A DNA stretch of 64,000 bases from the human T2T-CHM13v2.0 reference genome, Homo sapiens: NCBI RefSeq assembly GCF_009914755.1, contig NC_060941.1; one strand, given 5' to 3'. The notes beneath the pieces are model-generated. The model saw nothing but the letters and a program-made list of their open reading frames with translations. It searched no databases and had not been told where the DNA came from. Positions within the stretch are counted from its first letter, which is position 1. Every line of letters begins with the position of its first letter. Positions 53,701 to 64,000 of this stretch are shown piece by piece. A program made the position numbers and the translations under genes.

Positions 53701-56700
53701 TCACAGAGTTGAACATTCCCTTTGACAGAGCAGTTTGGAAACTCTCTTTGTGTAGAATCTGCAAGTGGAGATATGGACCGCTTTGAGGCCTATGGTAGTA
53801 AAGGAAATAGCTTCATATAAAAGCTAGACAGTAGCATTCACAGAAAACTCTTGGTGACGACTGAGTTTAACTCACAGAGCTGAACATTCCTTTGGATGGA
53901 GCAGTTTCGAAACACACTATTTGTAGAATGTGCAAGTGGATATTTGGGCCTCTCTGAGGATTTCGTTGGAAACGGGATAAACCGCACAGAACTAAACAGA
54001 AGCATTCTCAGAACCTTCTTCGTGATGTTTGCATTCAACTCACAGTGTTGAACCTTTCTTTGATAGTTCAGGTTTGAAACGGTCTTTCTGTAGAAACTGC
54101 AAGTAGATATTTGGACCTCTCTGAGGATTTCGTTGGAAACGGGATAACCCGCACAGAACTAAAACAGAAGCATTCTCAGAACCCTCTTCGTGATGTTTGC
54201 ATTCAACTCACAGTGCTGAACCTTTCTTTGATAGTTCAGCTTTGAAACACTCTTTTTGTAGAAACTGCAAGTGGATATTTGGTCCTCTCTGAGGATTTCG
54301 TTGGAAACGGGATAAACTGCACAGAACTAAACAGAAGCATTCTCAGAACCTTCTTCGTGATGTCTGCATTCAACTCACAGTGTGGAACCTTTCTTTGATA
54401 GTTCAGGTTTGAAACACTCTTTCTGTAGAAACTGCAAGGGGATAATTGCACTCTTTGAGGAGTACCGTAGTAAAGGAAATAACTTCCTATAAAAAGAAGA
54501 CAGAAGCTTTCTCAGAAAATTCTTTGGGATGATTGAGTAGAACTCACAGAGCTGAGCATTCCTTGCGATGTAGCAGTTTAGAAACACACTTTCTGCAGAA
54601 TCTGCAAGTGCATATTTGGACCTCTGTGAGGAATTCGTTGGAAACAGGATAATTTCAGCTGACTAAACAGAAGCAGTCTCAGAATCTTCTTTGTGATGTT
54701 TGCATTCAAATCCCCGAGTTGAACTTTCCTTTCAAAGTTCACGTTTGAAACACTCTTTTTGCAGGATCTACAAGTGGATATTTGGACCACTCTGTGTCCT
54801 TCGTTCGAAACGGGTATATCTTCACATGACATCTAGACAGAAGCATTCTCAGAAGCTTCTCTGAGATGACTGCATTCAACTCACGGAGTTGAACACTCCT
54901 TTTGAGAGCGCAGTTTTGAAACTCTCTTTCTGTGGCATCTGCAAGGGGACATGTAGACCTCTTTGAAGATTTCGTTGGAAACGGAATCATCTTCACATAA
55001 AAACTATACAGATGCATTCTCAGGAACTTTTTGGTGATGTTTGTATTCAACTCCCAGAGTTGAACTTTCCTTTGGAAAGAGCAGCTATGAAACACTCTTT
55101 TTCTAGAATCTGCAAGTGGACGTTTGGAGGGCTTTGTGGTTTGTGGTGGAAAAGGAAATATCTTCACCTAAATACTAGATAGAAGCATTCTCAGAAACTG
55201 CTTTGTGATGATTGCATTCACCTCACAGAGTTGAACATTCCTATTGATAGAGCAGTTTGGAAACACTCTTGTTGTGGAATGTGCAAGTGGAGATTTGGAG
55301 CGCTTTGAGGCCTATGGTAGTAAAGGGAATAGCTTCATAGAAAAACTAGACAGAAGCATTCTCAGAAAATACTTTGTGATGATTGAGTTTAACTCACAGA
55401 GCTGAACATTCCTTTGGATGGAGCAGGTTTGAGACACACTTTTTGTAGAATCTACAAGTGGATATTTGGACCTCTCTGAGGATTTCGTTGGAAACGCGAT
55501 AACTGCACCTAACTAAACGGAAGCATTCTCAGAAACTTCTTGGTGATGTTTGCATTCAAATCCCAGAGTTGAACCTTCCTTTGATAGTTCAGGTTTGAAA
55601 CACTCTTTTTGTAGGATCTGCAAGTGGATATTTGGACCACTCTGTGGCCTTCGTTCGAAACGGGTATATCTTCGCATAAAATCTAGACAGAAGCCTTCTC
55701 AGAAACTTCTCTGTGATGATTGCATTCAACTCACAGAGTTGAACCCTCCTATGGATAGAGCAGTGTTGAAACTCTCTTTTTGTGGAATCTGCAAGTGGAT
55801 ATGTGGACCTCTCCGAAGATGTCTTTGGAAACGGGAATATCTTCACATAAAAACTAAACAGAAGCATTCTCAGAAACTTCTCTGTGATGTTTGTGTTCAA
55901 CTCCCAGAGTTTCACATTGCTTTTCATAGAGTAGTTCTGAAACATGCTTTTCGTAGTGTCTACAAGTGGACATTTGGAGCGCTTTCAGGCCTGTGGTGGA
56001 AAACGAATTATGGTCACATAAAAACTGGAGAGAAGCATTGTCAGAAACTTCTTTGTGATGATTGCATTCAACTCACAGAGTTGAAGGTTCCTTTTCAAAG
56101 AGCAGTTTCCAATCACTCTTTGTGTGGAATCTGCAAGTGGATATTTGGACCTATTTTGAAGATTTCGTTGGAAACGGGAGAATCTTCACAGGAAAGCTAA
56201 ACAGAAGCATTCTCAGAAACTTCTTTGTGATGCTTGCATTCAACTCACAGAGTTGAACTTTCCTTTCGAGAGAGAAGCTTTGAAACACTCTTTTTCCAGA
56301 ATCTGCAAGTGGACATTTGGAGGGCTTTGAGGCCTGTGGTGGAAAAGGAATTATCTTCCCGTAAAAGCTAGATAGAAGCATTCTCAGAAACTACTTTGTG
56401 ATGATTGCATTCAAGTCACAGAGTTGAACATTCCCTTTGACAGAGCAGTTTGGAAACTCTCTTTGTGTAAAATCTGCAAGTGGAGATATGGACCGCTTTG
56501 AGGCCTATGGTAGTAAAGGAAATAGCTTCATATAAAAGCTAGACAGTAGCATTCACAGAAAACTCTTGGTGACGACTGAGTTTAACTCACAGAGCTGAAC
56601 ATTCCTTTGGATGGAGCAGTTTCGAAACACACTATTTGTAGAATGTGCAAGTGGATATTTGGGCCTCTCTGAGGATTTCGTTGGAAACGGGATAAACCGC

Positions 56701-59700
56701 ACAGAACTAAACAGAAGCATTCTCAGAACCTTCTTCGTGATGTTTGCATTCAACTCACAGTGTGGAACCTTTCTTTGATAGTTCAGGTTTGAAACGGTCT
56801 TTCTGTAGAAACTGCAAGTAGATATTTGGACCTCTCTGAGGATTTCGTTGGAAACGGGATAACCCGCACAGAACTAAAACAGAAGCATTCTCAGAACCCT
56901 CTTCGTGATGTTTGCATTCAACTCACAGTGCTGAACCTTTCTTTGATAGTTCAGCTTTGAAACACTCTTTTTGTAGAAACTGCAAGTGGATATTTGGTCC
57001 TCTCTGAGGATTTCGTTGGAAACGGGATAAACTGCACAGAACTAAACAGAAGCATTCTCAGAACCTTCTTCGTGATGTCTGCATTCAACTCACAGTGTGG
57101 AACCTTTCTTTGATAGTTCAGGTTTGAAACACTCTTTCTGTAGAAACTGCAAGGGGATAATTGCACTCTTTGAGGAGTACCGTAGTAAAGGAAATAACTT
57201 CCTATAAAAAGAAGACAGAAGCTTTCTCAGAAAATTCTTTGGGATGATTGAGTTGAACTCACAGAGCTGAGCATTCCTTGCGATGTAGCAGTTTAGAAAC
57301 ACACTTTCTGCAGAATCTGCAAGTGCATATTTGGACCTCTGTGAGGAATTCGTTGGAAACGGGATAATTTCAGCTGACTAAACAGAAGCAGTCTCAGAAT
57401 CTTCTTTGTGATGTTTGCATTCAAATCCCCGAGTTGAACTTTCCTTTCAAAGTTCACGTTTGAAACACTCTTTTTGCAGGATCTACAAGTGGATATTTGG
57501 ACCACTCTGTGTCCTTCGTTCGAAACGGGTATATCTTCACATGACATCTAGACAGAAGCATTCTCAGAAGCTTCTCTGTGATGACTGCATTCAACTCACG
57601 GAGTTGAACACTCCTTTTGAGAGCGCAGTTTTGAAACTCTCTTTCTGTGGCATCTGCAAGGGGACATGTAGACCTCTTTGAAGATTTCGTTGGAAACGGA
57701 ATCATCTTCACATAAAAACTATACAGATGCATTCTCAGGAACTTTTTGGTGATGTTTGTATTCAACTCCCAGAGTTGAACTTTCCTTTGGAAAGAGCAGC
57801 TATGAAACACTCTTTTTCTAGAATCTGCAAGTGGACGTTTGGAGGGCTTTGTGGTTTGTGGTGGAAAAGGAAATATCTTCACCTAAATACTAGAGAGAAG
57901 CATTCTCAGAAACTGCTTTGTGATGATTGCATTCACCTCACAGAGTTGAACATTCCTATTGATAGAGCAGTTTGGAAACACTCTTGTTGTGGAATGTGCA
58001 AGTGGAGATTTGGAGCGCTTTGAGGCCTATGGTAGTAAAGGGTATAGCTTCATAGAAAAACTAGACAGAAGCATTCTCAGAAAATACTTTGTGATGATTG
58101 AGTTTAACTCACAGAGCTGAACATTCCTTTGGATGGAGCAGGTTTGAGACACACTTTTTGTAGAATCTACAAGTGGATATTTGGACCTCTCTGAGGATTT
58201 CGTTGGAAACGCGATAACTGCACCTAACTAAACGGAAGCATTCTCAGAAACTTCTTGGTGATGTTTGCATTCAAATCCCAGAGTTGAACCTTCCTTTGAT
58301 AGTTCAGGTTTGAAACACTCTTTTTGTAGGATCTGCAAGTGGATATTTGGACCACTCTGTGGCCTTCGTTCGAAACGGGTATATCTTCGCATAAAATCTA
58401 GACAGAAGCCTTCTCAGAAACTTCTCTGTGATGATTGCATTCAACTCACAGAGTTGAACCCTCCTATGGATAGAGCAGTGTTGAAACTCTCTTTTTGTGG
58501 AATCTGCAAGTGGATATGTGGACCTCTCCGAAGATGTCTTTGGAAACGGGAATATCTTCACATAAAAACTAAACAGAAGCATTCTCAGAAACTTCTCTGT
58601 GATGTTTGTGTTCAACTCCCAGAGTTTCACATTGCTTTTCATAGAGTAGTTCTGAAACATGCTTTTCGTAGTGTCTACAAGTGGACATTTGGAGCGCTTT
58701 CAGGCCTGTGGTGGAAAACGAATTATGGTCACATAAAAACTGGAGAGAAGCATTGTCAGAAACTTCTTTGTGATGATTGCATTCAACTCACAGAGTTGAA
58801 GGTTCCTTTTCAAAGAGCAGTTTCCAATCACTCTTTCTGTGGAATCTGCAAGTGGATATTTGGACCTATTTTGAAGATTTCGTTGGAAACGGGAGAATCT
58901 TCACAGGAAAGCTAAACAGAAGCATTCTCAGAAACTTCTTTGTGATGCTTGCATTCAACTCACAGAGTTGAACTTTCCTTTCGAGAGAGAAGCTTTGAAA
59001 CACTCTTTTTCCAGAATCTGCAAGTGGACATTTGGAGGGCTTTGAGGCCTGTGGTGGAAAAGGAATTATCTTCCCGTAAAAGCTAGATAGAAGCATTCTC
59101 AGAAACTACTTTGTGATGATTGCATTCAAGTCACAGAGTTGAACATTCCCTTTGACAGAGCAGTTTGGAAACTCTCTTTGTGTAGAATCTGCAAGTGGAG
59201 ATATGGACCGCTTTGAGGCCTATGGTAGTAAAGGAAATAGCTTCATATAAAAGCTAGACAGTAGCATTCACAGAAAACTCTTGGTGACGACTGAGTTTAA
59301 CTCACAGAGCTGAACATTCCTTTGGATGGAGCAGTTTCGAAACACACTATTTGTAGAATGTGCAAGTGGATATTTGGGCCTCTCTGAGGATTTCGTTGGA
59401 AACGGGATAAACCGCACAGAACTAAACAGAAGCATTCTCAGAACCTTCTTCGTGATGTTTGCATTCAACTCACAGTGTTGAAGCTTTCTTTGATAGTTCA
59501 GGTTTGAAACGGTCTTTCTGTAGAAACTGCAAGTAGATATTTGGACCTCTCTGAGGATTTCGTTGGAAACGGGATAACCCGCACAGAACTAAAACAGAAG
59601 CATTCTCAGAACCCTCTTCGTGATGTTTGCATTCAACTCACAGTGCTGAACCTTTCTTTGATAGTTCAGCTTTGAAACACTCTTTTTGTAGAAACTGCAA

Positions 59701-62700
59701 GTGGATATTTGGTCCTCTCTGAGGATTTCGTTGGAAACGGGATAAACTGCACAGAACTAAACAGAAGCATTCTCAGAACCTTCTTCGTGATGTCTGCATT
59801 CAACTCACAGTGTGGAACCTTTCTTTGATAGTTCAGGTTTGAAACACTCTTTCTGTAGAAACTGCAAGGGGATAATTGCACTCTTTGAGGAGTACCGTAG
59901 TAAAGGAAATAACTTCCTATAAAAAGAAGACAGAAGCTTTCTCAGAAAATTCTTTGGGATGATTGAGTTGAACTCACAGAGCTGAGCATTCCTTGCGATG
60001 TAGCAGTTTAGAAACACACTTTCTGCAGAATCTGCAAGTGCATATTTGGACCTCTGTGAGGAATTCGTTGGAAACGGGATAATTTCAGCTGACTAAACAG
60101 AAGCAGTCTCAGAATCTTCTTTGTGATGTTTGCATTCAAATCCCCGAGTTGAACTTTCCTTTCAAAGTTCACGTTTGAAACACTCTTTTTGCAGGATCTA
60201 CAAGTGGATATTTGGACCACTCTGTGTCCTTCGTTCGAAACGGGTATATCTTCACATGACATCTAGACAGAAGCATTCTCAGAAGCTTCTCTGTGATGAC
60301 TGCATTCAACTCACGGAGTTGAACACTCCTTTTGAGAGCGTAGTTTTGAAACTCTCTTTCTGTGGCATCTGCAAGGGGACATGTAGACCTCTTTGAAGAT
60401 TTCGTTGGAAACGGAATCATCTTCACATAAAAACTATACAGATGCATTCTCAGGAACTTTTTGGTGATGTTTGTATTCAACTCCCAGAGTTGAACTTTCC
60501 TTTGGAAAGAGCAGCTATGAAACACTCTTTTTCTAGAATCTGCAAGTGGACGTTTGGAGGGCTTTGTGGTTTGTGGTGGAAAAGGAAATATCTTCACCTA
60601 AATACTAGATAGAAGCATTCTCAGAAACTGCTTTGTGATGATTGCATTCACCTCACAGAGTTGAACATTCCTATTGATAGAGCAGTTTGGAAACACTCTT
60701 GTTGTGGAATGTGCAAGTGGAGATTTGGAGCGCTTTGAGGCCTATGGTAGTAAAGGGAATAGCTTCATAGAAAAACTAGGCAGAAGCATTCTCAGAAAAT
60801 ACTTTGTGATGATTGAGTTTAACTCACAGAGCTGAACATTCCTTTGGATGGAGCAGGTTTGAGACACACTTTTTGTAGAATCTACAAGTGGATATTTGGA
60901 CCTCTCTGAGGATTTCGTTGGAAACGCGATAACTGCACCTAACTAAACGGAAGCATTCTCAGAAACTTCTTGGTGATGTTTGCATTCAAATCCCAGAGTT
61001 GAACCTTCCTTTGATAGTTCAGGTTTGAAACACTCTTTTTGTAGGATCTGCAAGTGGATATTTGGACCACTCTGTGGCCTTCGTTCGAAACGGGTATATC
61101 TTCGCATAAAATCTAGACAGAAGCCTTCTCAGAAACTTCTCTGTGATGATTGCATTCAACTCACAGAGTTGAACCCTCCTATGGATAGAGCAGTGTTGAA
61201 ACTCTCTTTTTGTGGAATCTGCAAGTGGATATGTGGACCTCTCCGAAGATGTCTTTGGAAACGGGAATATCTTCACATAAAAACTAAACAGAAGCATTCT
61301 CAGAAACTTCTCTGTGATGTTTGTGTTCAACTCCCAGAGTTTCACATTGCTTTTCATAGAGTAGTTCTGAAACATGCTTTTCGTAGTGTCTACAAGTGGA
61401 CATTTGGAGCGCTTTCAGGCCTGTGGTGGAAAACGAATTATGGTCACATAAAAACTGGAGAGAAGCATTGTCAGAAACTTCTTTGTGATGATTGCATTCA
61501 ACTCACAGAGTTGAAGGTTCCTTTTCAAAGAGCAGTTTCCAATCACTCTTTCTGTGGAATCTGCAAGTGGATATTTGGACCTATTTTGAAGATTTCGTTG
61601 GAATCGGGAGAATCTTCACAGGAAAGCTAAACAGAAGCATTCTCAGAAACTTCTTTGTGATGCTTGCATTCAACTCACAGAGTTGAACTTTCCTTTCGAG
61701 AGAGAAGCTTCGAAACACTCTTTTTCCAGAATCTGCAAGTGGACATTTGGAGGGCTTTGAGGCCTGTGGTGGAAAAGGAATTATCTTCCCGTAAAAGCTA
61801 GATAGAAGCATTCTCAGAAACTACTTTGTGATGATTGCATTCAAGTCACAGAGTTGAACATTCCCTTTGACAGAGCAGTTTGGAAACTCTCTTTGTGTAG
61901 AATCTGCAAGTGGAGATATGGACCGCTTTGAGGCCTATGGTAGTAAAGGAAATAGCTTCATATAAAAGCTAGACAGTAGCATTCACAGAAAACTCTTGGT
62001 GACGACTGAGTTTAACTCACAGAGCTGAACATTCCTTTGGATGGATCAGTTTCGAAACACACTATTTGTAGAATGTGCAAGTGGATATTTGGGCCTCTCT
62101 GAGGATTTCGTTGGAAACGGGATAAACCGCACAGAACTAAACAGAAGCATTCTCAGAACCTTCTTCGTGATGTTTGCATTCAACTCACAGTGTTGAAGCT
62201 TTCTTTGATAGTTCAGGTTTGAAACGGTCTTTCTGTAGAAACTGCAAGTAGATATTTGGACCTCTCTGAGGATTTCGTTGGAAACGGGATAACCCGCACA
62301 GAACTAAAACAGAAGCATTCTCAGAACCCTCTTCGTGATGTTTGCATTCAACTCACAGTGCTGAACCTTTCTTTGATAGTTCAGCTTTGAAACACTCTTT
62401 TTGTAGAAACTGCAAGTGGATATTTGGTCCTCTCTGAGGATTTCGTTGGAAACGGGATAAACTGCACAGAACTAAACAGAAGCATTCTCAGAACCTTCTT
62501 CGTGATGTCTGCATTCAACTCACAGTGTGGAACCTTTCTTTGATAGTTCAGGTTTGAAACACTCTTTCTGTAGAAACTGCAAGGGGATAATTGCACTCTT
62601 TGAGGAGTACCGTAGTAAAGGAAATAACTTCCTATAAAAAGAAGACAGAAGCTTTCTCAGAAAATTCTTTGGGATGATTGAGTTGAACTCACAGAGCTGA

Positions 62701-64000
62701 GCATTCCTTGCGATGTAGCAGTTTAGAAACACACTTTCTGCAGAATCTGCAAGTGCATATTTGGACCTCTGTGAGGAATTCGTTGGAAACGGGATAATTT
62801 CAGCTGACTAAACAGAAGCAGTCTCAGAATCTTCTTTGTGATGTTTGCATTCAAATCCCCGAGTTGAACTTTCCTTTCAAAGTTCACGTTTGAAACACTC
62901 TTTTTGCAGGATCTACAAGTGGATATTTGGACCACTCTGTGTCCTTCGTTCGAAACGGTTATATCTTCACATGACATCTAGACAGAAGCATTCTCAGAAG
63001 CTTCTCTGTGATGACTGCATTCAACTCACGGAGTTGAACACTCCTTTTGAGAGCGTAGTTTTGAAACTCTCTTTCTGTGGCATCTGCAAGGGGACATGTA
63101 GACCTCTTTGAAGATTTCGTTGGAAACGGAATCATCTTCACATAAAAACTATACAGATGCATTCTCAGGAACTTTTTGGTGATGTTTGTATTCAACTCCC
63201 AGAGTTGAACTTTCCTTTGGAAAGAGCAGCTATGAAACACTCTTTTTCTAGAATCTGCAAGTGGACGTTTGGAGGGCTTTGTGGTTTGTGGTGGAAAAGG
63301 AAATATCTTCACCTAAATACTAGATAGAAGCATTCTCAGAAACTGCTTTGTGATGATTGCATTCACCTCACAGAGTTGAACATTCCTATTGATAGAGCAG
63401 TTTGGAAACACTCTTGTTGTGGAATGTGCAAGTGGAGATTTGGAGCGCTTTGAGGCCTATGGTAGTAAAGGGAATAGCTTCATAGAAAAACAAGGCAGAA
63501 GCATTCTCAGAAAATACTTTGTGATGATTGAGTTTAACTCACAGAGCTGAACATTCCTTTGGATGGAGCAGGTTTGAGACACACTTTTTGTAGAATCTAC
63601 AAGTGGATATTTGGACCTCTCTGAGGATTTCGTTGGAAACGCGATAACTGCACCTAACTAAACGGAAGCATTCTCAGAAACTTCTTGGTGATGTTTGCAT
63701 TCAAATCCCAGAGTTGAACCTTCCTTTGATAGTTCAGGTTTGAAACACTCTTTTTGTAGGATCTGCAAGTGGATATTTGGACCACTCTGTGGCCTTCGTT
63801 CGAAACGGGTATATCTTCGCATAAAATCTAGACAGAAGCCTTCTCAGAAACTTCTCTGTGATGATTGCATTCAACTCACAGAGTTGAACCCTCCTATGGA
63901 TAGAGCAGTGTTGAAACTCTCTTTTTGTGGAATCTGCAAGTGGATATGTGGACCTCTCCGAAGATGTCTTTGGAAACGGGAATATCTTCACATAAAAACT

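Larger units (their letters stand above)
1..64000 (+). repeat. D17Z1: Alpha-satellite higher-order-repeat array, 16-mer HOR of 2,715 bp, ~23.6 tandem copies; most likely human chr17 centromeric D17Z1 (SF3, pentameric family)
   Basis: Alphoid monomer motifs (CAGAAGCATTCTCAGAAAC, TGCATTCAACTCACAGAGTTGAAC, TTTCGTTGGAAACGGGA) recur every 166-172 bp. The ORF track recurs with an exact 2,715-bp period (216-aa ORF at 1250, 3965, 6680 ... 60980). Alpha-satellite identity is certain; the D17Z1 name rests on established knowledge of the 16-mer, 2.7-kb EcoRI unit and was not checked by search. Confidence 0.95.

Noticed and set aside
52297-58023. 'New' 98-aa ORF in U20 and U22 only
   Set aside because: It results from a TAG>GAG change at offset 880; useful as a lineage marker, with no evidence of coding function.
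75-63991. All other short ORFs on both strands
   Set aside because: They are overlapping translations of satellite monomers and are gained or lost by single variants (e.g. the 88-aa ORF is broken in U18 and U21).
1-64000. CRISPR-like regularly spaced motif (TTTCGTTGGAAACGGGA)
   Set aside because: The intervening sequences are homologous monomers, not unique spacers. There are no cas genes, and the motif is the CENP-B box.
1-64000. Embedded L1/Alu insertion, inversion or non-satellite island
   Set aside because: The unbroken 2,715-bp phase and constant strand leave no room for one. I saw no poly-A tail or target-site duplication.
1-64000. Alternative identity as D17Z1-B, DXZ1, D11Z1 or a synthetic p17H8 concatemer
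   Set aside because: Those arrays have 14-, 12- and 5-monomer units, not 16. The structured variation between copies argues against a construct multimerised from one cloned unit.

Overview
The whole 64 kb window is one uninterrupted, single-orientation array of primate alpha-satellite (centromeric) DNA. It is built from ~171-bp monomers in a 16-monomer higher-order repeat (HOR) of exactly 2,715 bp: 23 full periods plus a 1,555-bp partial one. The 16-mer/2.7-kb size, the single EcoRI site per unit and the underlying 850-bp pentamer (suprachromosomal family 3) match human chromosome 17 D17Z1 (p17H8-type); this is recognition from memory, not a database search. A typical HOR has 8 intact CENP-B boxes, 2 degenerate B-type boxes and 6 A-type (pJalpha-like) sites. 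I see no genes, RNA genes, transposon insertions, inversions or HOR length variants. All listed ORFs are artefacts of the repeat, and I found no evidence of a new gene-based system. The informative signal lies in single-base variants shared between HOR copies. These show a haplotype boundary near 30 kb, a CENP-B-box-disrupting variant that dominates the right half, a multi-HOR duplication at 19,005-bp spacing, nested local duplications and probable conversion patches. Convention: unit Un spans 1+2715(n-1)..2715n, and 'offset' is the position within a unit. Variants were read by eye and the list may be incomplete.
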